Shown here in pieces: positions 52,601 to 64,000 of a stretch of DNA of 64,000 nucleotides. The translations under genes were made by a program, and so were the position numbers. The stretch covers positions 821,513 through 885,512 of the forward strand of contig MU057989.1 in assembly GCA_013265495.1 (NCBI GenBank), given 5' to 3'. Each line of letters opens with the position of its first letter. Positions within the stretch are counted from its first letter, which is position 1. This DNA is from Vicugna vicugna. Taxonomy: Eukaryota. The notes below the pieces were generated by a model that saw nothing but the letters and a program-made list of their open reading frames with translations, did no database searches and was not told where the DNA came from.

Positions 52601-54472
52601 AAGGTGAAAAGCCTGTGGCAATATACATGCTCATCAACCATGAGAATGATGTCTATTAAGTATCTTCCAGAAGGCAGATGCTACGGGGTGGTGGAGGTGC
52701 ACAGCACACAGGGCCATGTCCTCTCAAGCCCAAGGCAAGACACACATGTGTGCAGATGACACCTAATACCAGTGGCTAAATGGAGTCTGAAGAGGGACAG
52801 AGGGGCCCTGACCCCGGGGGCAGACAAATAGCTCAAGAGGTCCAACTTGCAGGGGCTTGAGAAATAGTAAACAGGCTAAATAGTAACAGTAATATTCATC
52901 AGTGGCAGCTGCTGTTCTGTATCATCACCATGAATGAGAACACGGTAAGACGTTTCAGGAAGGGGCCTGGCTATCCACTAGGCCTAGAGAAGTTACTCCT
53001 GTAGTTTCAAAGTCTATCTCTACTCAAATATCCACAATAAAGGGACTAGATGACCAGCCATCTGCCTGGGAGTTGACTGACAGATCTAAGGTATTAACTG
53101 AAATGAACAACGAGCCTAGGAAGAGCAGGAGTAAGCTGGTTATTTATGTTGATAATTACTTGTAAGAGGTAAGCTCTGTCTCTGAAGAGCATCATTTGCT
53201 GTATCAACAGACAGGAAAGAAAGCTGCTGTGATCTCTCCAGTCAGATCCTGGCAGACTCGACCTGAGCGTCATAGCCTCTCGTCTTCCAGCCACTCCCAC
53301 CTCCGTACACCTTTCCTTCAATGAACCCACACACAGGCAGAAGCATGCCTAGGCGCAGCCACACCCTGGCAACTTCAAAAGTACAACCACCAAGCAGGCC
53401 AGTGACTCCCATTCTACAGTAAATCTCCAAGCAAAATGTGCCAAGTTTTCTGGGGAGAAAACATGCTCCATAACCTCCCCTTGGTCGGCCGCTTATCTTC
53501 ATGCCCCAGTGCTTTCCCCGCACCCCTATCAGCACGGCGGCTCACCACTGAGATCACATAGCCCTGTACACCACGCACACAGGGCTGCCAGACTTCCTGG
53601 TTTCGACTTAAATGGTACAGCATGCAGAAAATACTCTGAAAATCACAAAGCACTGTGCAATCTTGAGAAGGCTTTAAGATCTCAAATAGAACAGAAAACT
53701 TCTAACGTCAGACAGCATTCTCCAAAAAGTGGATAGATCTTCTACAATACTGAAAATAGACGGGCATGCATCGTCGTAACTATTAACAATTACAAAGTCA
53801 GTAATTCCAATATGGTGTCTGAAGTTAGCATTTTCCAGTAATATTTATCTCTTTTCTTGTCCCAGGATTTAAGATGGCTTGTTTTCCAGTTCTTCAAACA
53901 CTCAACAACAACAACAAAATGAATAAAATGGCTCAATATTGAGGACATGAAGTTTCCACTTGGTAAACAATGAAGCAACCACTATAATCACATCATTTTT
54001 CAAAAGTCACAAACCCAAGTACCACACTCTTACCCTAAAATATATAATAATATGCAGAGATATATATCCAGAACTATGGCTTTGAAATTACATTATCCAG
54101 TGATAATTATTTGCACCTCCTGAACAGAAAATGTCATCAAAAATCAATTCAAAGCTCTCATCAGGCGCCGCGTTGAGCACTCTGGATGCTTGTTCATTAG
54201 AACATTCAGGAAAGGTGCTCACTCCTCAGCAGACAACCAGAGAGGGAAAAAGGGAAATTTTTTGCACACAGAGAATATGTTTTACCAAGTATATCAAAGA
54301 CAATCAAAGAAAAATTAAAAATGCTTGGGGGAAACTCCATTTGTGAGTAATCTTTATTTTAAAAACTACTAAGACAAACCTTTTGTTTCTGAGATTCAGC
54401 TACACCCACTACCTGAAGTTATTGTAAAAGGCAAAGTTTTCAGTGTTATGTGTACATTCAAAAATTTGCACA

Positions 54473-54516
54473 CCAGAAACTGACCCAAAAGTGTAAACTG
54501 ACTATACTTCAATTAA
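54473..54516 (+). mobile_element. Ultra-short L1 3' tail insertion (about 44 bp)
   Basis: ccagaaactgacccaaaagtgtaaactgactatacttcaatt; perfect TSD aaaaatttgcaca at 54460-54472 and 54517-54529. Confidence 0.75.
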
Positions 54517-54729
54517 AAAAATTTGCACAAATAATACAAAAAATTATAATAGAAAAAATAAAATTAAGTCATGTAAATAGATGTTAAAAATAAGTAAATC
54601 AAATCTACATGTATCTAGTTTTAAAAAAAATTAGATGAATATGGTATGTCATGTGTATTGTATATAAAATACTTAGATTTTTAAATCAGTTACATTAGAT
54701 CTTATTAAAAAAAAAACTATAAAGAAAAG

Positions 54730-55420
54730 ACAAATCTCCTCTGCAGAAGCATTCCAAGTAAGTTATGTAGACACCCTACCATAACTTAGGTAGAGCCCAA
54801 CCCCACTCTGTAAGTGCGGGCTGTGCATGGTGACTTCTTTCCAAAGAGGACAGGCTGGGAGGGGGAAGGAGGAGGAACAGTAATTCACCCAGGTGATCAA
54901 GGCCACACCAGCATAGTGACAAGCCACGATGATGGCACAGCACCCTTTGGGAAGACACTTTCTCTCTATGATCTTCCTTCCGTAACTCGTAAAGTCCAAA
55001 ACCCAGTCTTACCACGAGAAAAACATCAGAAAAATCCAAATAGAGGGGCATCCTAAATATACCTGGCCAGTCCTTCTCAAAACTGCAAAGGTCATCAAAA
55101 CCAAGGAAAGATTGAGAAACTGTCACAGCCAAGAGGAGCCTACGGAGACATAATAAATGTAATGTGATATCCTGGATGGGGTCCTAAAAACAGGAAAAGG
55201 ACATTATGTGAAAATTAAGGAAACCTGTGTAGACTTCAATTAACAATAATGTATTAACACTGGCTCATTAATTGTGACAAATATACAAATGTTATACACA
55301 AATACAATAAAAAGGGAAACTGCATGTAATGGGGAGGCGGGGAGGATGAGATATGAGAATCCTCAATACTACCTTTCAGTTTTTCTAAAAATCTAAAACT
55401 GTTCTCAAAAAAAGTCTACT
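54730..55420 (+). mobile_element. L1MC/L1MD-like 3' UTR fragment
   Basis: ggtcatcaaaaccaaggaaagattgagaaactgtcacagccaagaggagcct...cctggatggggtcct. Confidence 0.7.
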
Positions 55421-56029
55421 TTAAAAGTAAAAAACAAACAAAAGAACCAAAAAAAACAAAACTGTGAAGAAGACGTGATAAATATCAACATGTGTTAATT
55501 CTGACTAATGAAAACACAGATGCTGATGACACTATTCTTTGTTCTTCAGTGTGTTTAACAAAAAAAAAAAACAACTCAAAGTCACAAATCAAATCTTTCT
55601 TCACTATAGCAGTAGTACTGTTAAAATGTTTTTTCTTTAGAGAGGCAAGATCATTTTTAAAAATCACATTAGAAGTAATTGTAACTATGCAGGCCTCCTG
55701 CTTGGGAGGTAAACACAATTTCACTAGCCAGAAAAGTCAGCTTCTTTATGGGCCTCGCAAAACTTGCTTGGCTGAATTACTATTCCAGACAGAGCTACAG
55801 CCCAAGCAGATCACAGGCAAGGCTCACAGCACACATGGGTGTGTTTCTAGAAGGGAGTAAGCAGAACATCCCTTTGTACAACAAAAAAATATTCCTGGGA
55901 AATTAGACTGACTCTCCAAGTTATCTACTCTTTAAACTTTGCAGATGGGGGTAAAACCTGATTCATACGCAGAAAATTAGGTTATTATGCACTTCCCCAC
56001 CTTGCTTTGAAGCCTGCTATATTATAGAC

Positions 56030-56260
56030 AAAATGGTGTAGCAGAAAAAATACAGACTTTGGAGTCAGACATGGATGGGTTGTAAGTCAAAGTCTGTCAC
56101 TTTCGAACATGTGTCATTTTGAATAATTTCCTGGGAGGCAGAAAAGTGGCTCAGAATATTTTATTCCATGTGCAAAACAGATATGGCACCTACCTCACAG
56201 GATTATTAAATAAGAGATGACTCGAGATAATGCTGCAAAGCACCCAGCACAGTGCCCACT
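56030..56260 (+). mobile_element. MIR SINE
   Basis: cagactttggagtcagac...cacctacctcacaggattatt...gagataatgctgcaaagcacccagcacagtgcc. Confidence 0.7.
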
Positions 56261-59072
56261 GCAATGGGCACCCCAGCAGTGCCACTGCCCACCTGCTCTT
56301 CTCTTACCATAACTCAGAAAGAATACAGTCATTGTTATTCTTGTTCATAACAGGATCATACTGAAATCTTATGTTACAGTCATTATATAATTCTGAAAAA
56401 TGCCAGAAGTACTACACGGTAATCAACATAAAAACCCTAAGTGTTTTAACTTGGTGACAGATGGACAGCAAATTACTGTCTACAGTAAACGTAACTTTTT
56501 CCAAAATATTGCAGAAACATTTTGGAGAAGTTGATCCTTGAAGTCATTCTTTGGACCCATTTACATAAAGAACGTTAGGTTTAGTACTTCCCACTTTTCT
56601 GCACTGAACAAGAAAAGAACAGATAACTTTTGAAGTGTGATGTGTCCAGTCACCAAATGGGCACTCATTATATACCCTAACTTATGCTCACACCATCAAG
56701 ATGGAAAGATCTCCCAGTGCCTGGAGGGCACAGCCACAGTACCAATCTCTCCTGCAGTTGGTTAGAAAAGCAGGCTCACAGCACTCCACCCACAAGACCT
56801 CCTGAATAGAATATGTATCTTAACAAGGTCCCCAGGTGATCCACAAATCATTAAAGTTTAGGAAGCCCTGCCCAAATCTATGTTAAAGTCTGAGAGACAG
56901 GTTAATGGCCAGGTATAGGAATGGTTCCTAAAATGTTTGCACTGATGGAAAAGCTCCTGAGAGGAATACAAACAGCAGAGGCTTCAGACAGACCCTGGGG
57001 TTGAATACTGGGCTGCCATCTCCCAACTGTGACCCTACATAAAACGCTTGATTTCTGAGCTCCATATTTTTTACCTATTGAGTAGTGACTTTAAAATGTA
57101 GGTACAATGTTTCCAAACTTTCTTATTATCCATCACTGTCTCTCACTGTGCCAGGGAAAGCCTGTCCCTCCAGCCCATCTCTGAAGCTGTGGCGCTTGCC
57201 ATGGGGGCGGTGGGTGGCTGACCTGAGTGTCAGGTTCACAGTTTCAGACCCACCCCCTCAAGAAATTCTACTTGTTTATTCATATCAGGCAAACTTCCCA
57301 ATAAAGAAAACAAAGACAACAAACAATAAAATGCAGAGATCCCCAGGTAACAGACAGGAGGCCCAGGGTAGAGCCTAAACAGAGGTTCAAGAGAACCTGT
57401 GGTTGGCGCAGAAGCGCAGCAGGGCTGAAGTTAAAGAGTGTGGCAAGGGCCTGGATGCACAGCAAGGGAACCTGGGTTTAATGTGAATACCTAGCTGCAC
57501 AGGATAATTAAGAGACTGTGTACAACAGATTCCAGAAGTGGCACAGTGCTGGAGACACAGAGGTTCTGACCAGCCAGAGGTTCAAGACCTTGCTTGAATG
57601 GCTCAGGAACTGAACTGAGGCTCCCAAAAGACTATGTCTAAGGAGCAGAGCTCCTTAAGATCTGCCTTAAGAATGTTTAAAAACAAGCCCTGAAAGAATC
57701 AAACTGATCTGTGAGTCAAATGTCTCCCAGAACAAATCCCAACTTTCTAAAGCAAGACAACAAAACTCTTATTCAACAACATATCCACAATGTCCACTAT
57801 ATAATCAAAAATTACTGAATATGCAAAGAGGCAGGAAAATGTGACCCATAACTAGGAATTGTTTATCTAAACAAATGAACAAAAGACTGCAAATGAAACA
57901 AACACAGAGATGACAAAGATGTTGGATTTGGCCTTCAAAAGAAGAGCAGGGAAAGAACAAAGAGAGAAAAAAACGCAGAAGGGGTGTTTTGAAAACAAAT
58001 GGCAAGATGGGGATCTAACTCCTACTGTATCAACATTTCATGTAAATAAACTAAACCCTCCACTTGAAGACGAAGATGGTCAGAATAAATTAAAAACAAG
58101 TTCCAACTATATGTTATTTACAAGATACATACTATACATATAAAGATTCAGACAAAGGGGTAAAAAAGATACCCTTTGCAACTATTAATCATAAGAAAGC
58201 GGGAATGGCTGTGTTAGTAAGAACGTAGATTTCAAGACAAAGACTATTAACAGAAATAGAGGAACATTTAGAATGATAAAAAGCTCAATTTATGAGTTAG
58301 ACATAATAATCCAAAATGTACATTCACTTAATGAAAGGGCTTCAAAATATATGGAATAAGTTATCAGATTTCATTCTGACTAAAGGACAAACAGACAAAT
58401 CTATAATTATAGTATAGTAATTTTAATACTCTCAGTAGTTCAGAGACAAAAAAGAAAATCAGGAACGATACAGCTGATTTGAACACAACCAACTACTCTA
58501 ATTGACATTTACAAGTGCTACACCCTACGATGGTAAGAGGAACATTTCTTTTGAGCATATGCAGAATATTCATCAAGACAGACCATATGCTGGGCCATAA
58601 AACAAGTCTCAATAAATTTCAAAGGACAAAAATCATACAGAGCATGTTCTCTGACTGCAAAGAAACTGGAAATCAGTAACAAAATAATATCTGCAATTCC
58701 AAATATTTGAAAAATTAAGCAACACATTTCTACATAAAACCAAGTCAAAGAAGAAACTACAAGTAAAATATAAAAATATTTTGAACTGAATGATAATAAA
58801 AACAAAACCTACCAAAATTTATGAACTACAGTGTAGAGTAATATTTACGGTGAAATTTATTGCTCAAATGTTTATACTGGAAAAGTCTAAAATCAATGAT
58901 CTAAGTATCCACCCCACGGTACAGGAAAGAAAACCCAAAGTAGAAGAAATAAAATAACAAGAAGACAATCAATGATACAGAAAAAGAGAATATTGGCAAA
59001 TCAAAAGTTGTCTGAAAACATCAATAAAGTTGACAAATTCCTACCTAGCTTGATCAGGGAAAAATGAGAGAA

Positions 59073-59073
<1 letters not shown>

Positions 59074-59106
<33 letters not shown>
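59074..59106. repeat. (TA)n microsatellite
   Basis: About 16 uninterrupted TA units. Confidence 0.95.
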
Positions 59107-59113
<7 letters not shown>

Positions 59114-60218
59114 CACATACACCTGATTGAAAGAGGGGGCAATTGGATATTATTATGAATTTTGTTGACATTAAAAGGAAATTAAGGGAATATTGAATCC
59201 CTTTATGCCAAGTAAATTCAAGACCTTAGATGAAATGGATAATTTCCATGAAAAACACAATTATCAAAATTAACACAAGAAAAAATGAAAAACATGAATA
59301 ATCTGCCCTAGTAAACTAACTGAAGCATAATTTAAAACCTTCCCACAAGGAAAACTCCAGACCCAGATGGTTTCACGGGCGCACTGAAGGGACAAACTCA
59401 CTAAGAAAGGAAGAGGGAACAAACCAGTATGGTCTTCATATCAAAATCAAATCAGGACATTACAAGAAAACTACAGACCTACATCCCTCAAAAGTATTGA
59501 TGCATAAATCTTAAACAATATTTTAATAAACTGGATTCAGTAATACATAAAAATACATCATGATCAAGGGAAGTTATCCCAGGAACGTAAGGCTGGTTCA
59601 GCACTCAGAAAGATGTACTTTACCACATTAATAGAATAAAGAAAATCCCTCTGATTATCTCAACAATGCAGAAAAATTATTTGATGGAATCCAGCAATCA
59701 CTTATGGTTAAAAGCCTCAGCAGACTTTGCTGAGTAGGGGCTTTCTTCAACCTGATGATGGGTATCTTTAAAAGCCTACAGCAAACACCACACCTCATAA
59801 CTAACTCAATGTTCTCCTCCGCAGATCAAGAATAAGACAAAGGACATATGCCCTCACTACTTTTATTCAACATTGTACTAAAGGTCTCAGTCAGAGCAGT
59901 ACAGCCAGAAAAATAAAAAGCATACCATAAGAAAGGAAGTAAAACTGTCTCTATTCAAAGACAACATGACTTAGAAAATTCTAAGGCAGCTATCAAATAA
60001 CAAGTTAGAACTAGTAAGTGAGGTCAGTTAGCAAGGTTACTGGATGTAATGTTAATACAGAAAAATAAATTATATTTCTCCATATGAATAATAAGCAAGT
60101 CAAACAATGATACAAAATTTAGAAATCAAATAGAAACAAAAGTGAGAAATTAAACAACCTGATGTTAATACTTCCTATAAAACTAAAGGAATGAATAGAT
60201 CAATGGAACAGACCAGAA

Positions 60219-60408
60219 CAGGAGTGGCAGATTTTTCTGTAAAGGTCCAGTTAGCAAATATTTCAGTTTGAGTGGGTGACCTATGGTTTCCATTCTTCAT
60301 TCTTTTATTTATGTTAGTTTACTTTTTAACCAATCCTTTAAAAATATAAAAACCATTCTTAGGTTGTGGGCCAGATCTTGTTCATGGGCTACAGTATGTT
60401 GACTCCTG
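60219..60408. mobile_element. MER58-like hAT element nested in the old L1
   Basis: Ends caggagtggcag ... gttgactcctg; 8-bp TSD-like gaccagaa / gactagag; L1 sequence resumes across the insertion. Confidence 0.7.
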
Positions 60409-61390
60409 GACTAGAGAGTCCAGAAACAGATCCCTCCTTATCCAGGCAATTCCATTCCTAGTCATTTATCCAAGAGAAATGAAAATTTATATGTCCACAC
60501 AAAGACTTACACAAAAATGTTCACAGAAGCTTTATTCTTAACAGCTCCAAACTGGAAACCACCACAATGTCCATGAATAGGAGACTGGTAAGTAAATCAT
60601 GGTATATTCATACAATGGGCTACTAGTTAGCAATAAAAAGAACTACTGAATTCAGTCAACAGTGTGAACGAATCTTAAAAACATGCCATCAGCAAAAGAA
60701 GCCTCACCAAAAACAAACCAACCAACCCATATTATAGGATTCCATTTAAATGAAGTTTGAGAACAGGTAAACCTCATCCATGGTGAAAGAAATCAGTAGT
60801 GACTGCAGGGATTGGGGTGGAGAGAACAGGAAAAGGGAGTAATACAAAGGAACTTTCTGGAATTCTGAAAATGCCCTTTATCTTGACAGGGGTATGGGTT
60901 ACATAGGCATGAATTTTGACAAATCAAACTGCAACACTTAAGATCTATGCATTTCACTCTACGCGAATTATACTTTCAAAAACAATGAAAGTAAAACAAT
61001 AAAATATTTTTTAAAAAATCAATACATGTAGGTCTCTAACCCCAGATCCTAATTGTTGACCTTTAGTTAGAAAGTAACGAGGTTGATTAGTTTTTCTTAC
61101 AAGTATACTCTTCAAAGTAGTCACCCTGGAGACTTATCAAATCAAAGTATTCAATGTTGCTATAATGAAAAACATTCATTCAGTCTGAGTTATTGAAAAT
61201 AATCAGTTACAAAGGTAACTGAAAAAAAGAAATACATGACTCCCACTTTGACTTTAAAAAGAGATACACAATTATAGATAAAAGATTGGTAGGGAGAAAA
61301 TAAAAAAGTTAACACTAATTATGAACTGGATGATAGGATTATGGGCAATGGTTTCTTCTCTAGACTTTCAAATTTTGTACAATCAACTAC

Positions 61391-61527
61391 TTTTTTTTTT
61401 TTTGGCTGGGGGAGGAAGGTAATTAGTTTTATTTATTTATTTACTTTTAGAGGAGGTACTGGGGATTGAACCCAGGACCTTGTGCATGTTAAGCATGCAT
61501 TCTACCATTTGAGCTATACCCTCCCCC
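61391..61527 (-). mobile_element. tRNA-derived SINE (Vic-1-like)
   Basis: Full head and tail; perfect TSD acaatcaacta at 61379-61389 and 61528-61538. Confidence 0.88.
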
Positions 61528-61644
61528 ACAATCAACTATTTTTATCAGAAAATAATTCTCTGAAAACAGTAGAAAAGCAGTCTATTTATCACTTCCAATG
61601 TCTTGTGATGACTTCAAATCCTTTATATAAGAAAGCATCAAAGA

Positions 61645-61790
61645 GGGGAGGGGAATAGCTCAATCGGTAGAGCGCATGTTTGGCATGCACAAGGTCCTGA
61701 GTTCAAGCCCCAGTATTTCCTCTAAAAATAAATAAATAAATAAAACCTAGTTATCTCCCCCTTGCCAAAAAAACAAAAACAAAAACAAAA
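61645..61790 (+). mobile_element. tRNA-derived SINE (Vic-1-like)
   Basis: ggggaggggaatagctcaatcggtagagcgcatg...ggtcctgagttcaagccccag, (TAAA)n, A-rich tail. Confidence 0.88.
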
Positions 61791-61839
61791 CTATCTAGTC
61801 AACTAACCGGTCTCCTCTGAATGTTTTTCAGTAAATTCA

Positions 61840-62100
61840 GACACTGTGCTAAGAACTATACATACACTATCTCATTTAATCAGCACAACAATTCTACGAG
61901 CTAAATATTACTATCCCTTCTTAGTCTATACAATTCTCAAAGGCAGATAATATTATTATCCCCATTTAAAAGACAAACAACTAAGACCCAGAGTGATTAC
62001 ATAATTTTCCCACAGCTAATAACTAGTGGAGTCTGGACTTGAACGGAGGCAGTTTACTCCAGATTCCAACCTCCGCTCTGGAAGACTTGGCTCTACTCCA
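61840..62100 (-). mobile_element. MIR SINE
   Basis: atctcatttaatcagcacaacaattctacgag...attattatccccattt...ctagtggagtctggacttgaac. Confidence 0.65.
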
Positions 62101-62708
62101 TCTGGGGAAGGCAGTCTGGGCTGCAGCTGCTGCTGACAGGACAAGGAGGAAGCAGAGGCAGCAGCTCAGTATTACCTGTGCGTAAGCCACTAAATATACA
62201 CATACCATCTCATTCAAGCAATTTTAGAAAGAAATAAATACATGAATAATTATTATGGAAAGTTAGGCACATCCTGAATCACATATTCTCCATTAAAGTC
62301 ATGGTAAGATTACTGAGCTGGTACCAGATTGCTTAATATTTTTACTAAATACCTGTGCCTAAAGGAGCTATAAAATCACCCCATAGCACCCTATTAATTC
62401 AAAGCTTTCAGTCTTATCATTCTATAAACTGACCATTTATTTCCATTGTGATCTTTAAAAAAAAAAGCCAAATTAGGATTTACTTAAGAAAAAAGTCTTT
62501 ATTTTCTTTGCATTTCAAGGATCAGATGTTATTACATAAAAAAAGAAAAATATTAGACAAATGTACAGTATTATTTCTCTTTGCTGTTAAATTTTAGACA
62601 TTTCCAATTATCATTCCAAAATAGGGAAGGTGAGTCGCTCATTCCTTCAAGAGCCAATCTGGCTCTACAATTTCTTACTGACTATATGCTGTTAATCCTT
62701 CTTCAGCA

Positions 62709-62890
62709 AACTGCCTCTCAGGGTGTGGTCCTGGACCAGCAAAATTAGGGTCACCTGGGAACTGGCAAGAAATGTAAATTCTCAGGTCCCACCCCATACC
62801 TACTGAATCAGGAACTCTGGGGAGGGACCAGCTCTCCAGGGTAACAAGCCTGCAGTGACTGTGCTGGAATCTCAAGTCTGAGAACCACTG
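62709..62890. mobile_element. MER5A-like hAT DNA element
   Basis: gtgtggtcctggaccagc...tcacctgggaact...aattctcaggtcccaccccatacctactgaatcagg...tgagaaccactg. Confidence 0.8.
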
Positions 62891-64000
62891 CTTTATCCTA
62901 TCTGACCAAAATGTTGGTTCACTGGGTCCAGGGGCTCCGGATCTAAATCAAAACCTTTACCCTTCAGGGAGAGAGCTCCAGGGAAAGCCAGCTCCCCAGT
63001 TTTTGACCACTTTCTTAAAAAAAGAAGGATATTCCAAAGAACATATTAAAAATAAGCCCTAATCTAACCTCACATGAAGAAGGCTTACCCATATAAACTA
63101 TTTTGGTCCCATGTTTCCAATTCATTACTTACAAGAAAAGACTGAAAATATTTCTAAGGTGGTGAAAGCATTTATCAACCTTAGAATTAGAAAGACTCTG
63201 GACCTCTTGGCCAGATACATCTCATTACCTTCCTTTTCCTACCAGTGTCTGGCCAGCTCTGCCACCTTCTCTGTGCAGAGCAACAGCTCTTAACAGCTCT
63301 TAACATCTCTAGAAGAACTTGAGTTGGCTTCCAATTCCCACTTATATTTATTTTTAAATATCCTTTTTACTTTCCCTCTAAAAGACAAGTGTTTGGGTTA
63401 TTTTCAGTAGAAAACTAGAATATGCTACCAAAAGGATAACATCTCAGGTTTCCTACCATTGAAAGGGAAGCACAAAGGATGGAGGAATGAAGGGAAGTTG
63501 AGTAACGTCCCAAGATAACACAACAGAGCCAGGGTTGGATCCCACATGGTCTGGCTAAGGGTCTCTTAATCACTAACCTGTGCAGCCTGTTCTTGGATCA
63601 GTCTTACAATCTATATTTTAATAGAACTTCTTTTTATCTAGGCTTTAAAATGAATTAACTTACAGTCGTGCAAAAATTGTTATAATTTTAGACTTTCCCA
63701 AGGTATGTGATTATAATCACTTTTTCATTCCTAATTTCATGTGATTCTTAAAGGAAATATTTAAAATAGAAAACATAAGCCATTTCAACAAGGTGGCAAT
63801 AATGTTAAAAAGGCACGATATGACTTAAAAACAAAAATGAAAAAATTTCTCCCCTCCATTCTGTGTGCCTCCTTAATCTGTAACACGGGAATAATACATA
63901 GTACCCACTTTATATTTTTTTAGTGAAAAATGAAAGTTAAATATTTTGAGTTTTTCCTCAGAATAAAAATAAATTTAGACTTTTCTAAAAGAAAAATATA

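Larger units (their letters stand above)
57700..61000 (+). mobile_element. Long, degraded old L1 (ORF2 endonuclease/RT remnants to 3' UTR), antisense to CREBBP
   Basis: A-rich strand bias; gaccatatgctgggccataaaacaagtctcaataaatt; ccagacccagatggtttcac; ttattcaacattgtact; caattccattcctag; many stops and frameshifts; boundaries approximate. Confidence 0.85.
1..64000 (-). other. CREBBP: CREBBP gene, partial (intron 2 to intron 17); histone acetyltransferase / transcriptional coactivator CBP
   Basis: 15 minus-strand exons splice in frame. The KIX sequence GVRKGWHEHVTQDLRSHLVHKL is CBP-type, not p300-type (GIRKQWHEDITQDLRNHLVHKL). Exon sizes match the human CREBBP exon 3-17 series as I recall it, except exon 13. 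Confidence 0.98.

Noticed and set aside
61645..61720. tRNA-like sequence with A and B boxes (also in the other SINE copies)
   Set aside because: It is the head of a SINE, with an AT-rich tail, poly-A and dispersed diverged copies; not a tRNA gene.
8471..63304. Short direct duplications (8471 actttcagtg x2, 14113 tttaattaagtaca x2, about 28468 ggtctgtcccata x2, about 63282 aacagctctt x2)
   Set aside because: Isolated two-unit slippage duplications with no spacers or shared sequence; not a CRISPR-like or structured array.

Overview
Mammalian genomic DNA, not prokaryotic. The whole window lies inside the CREBBP (CBP) gene on the minus strand. It contains 15 consecutive coding exons, equivalent to human exons 3-17, running from 43236 down to 1393. 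All have GT-AG boundaries and compatible phases. They encode the TAZ1/CH1 zinc finger, KIX domain, Q/P-rich linker, SUMO-motif region and the start of the bromodomain. Exons 1-2 lie beyond the right edge and exon 18 onward beyond the left edge. The introns carry the usual eutherian repeats (L1, L2, MIR, hAT and Tigger-type DNA elements, an MLT LTR piece) plus six copies of a tRNA-derived SINE resembling the camelid Vic-1 family, so the species is probably a camel, alpaca or llama (inference). I see no convincing new gene or new biological system. The best leads are: a closely spaced inverted SINE pair in intron 2; an inverted pair of related L1 3' ends flanking exons 4-17, whose summed length is a multiple of 3; a CpG-rich patch with ZNF143-like motifs in intron 5; and a tiny sense-strand L1 tail that brings AATAAA into intron 7. 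Repeat family names and human/mouse comparisons are from memory and need database confirmation.
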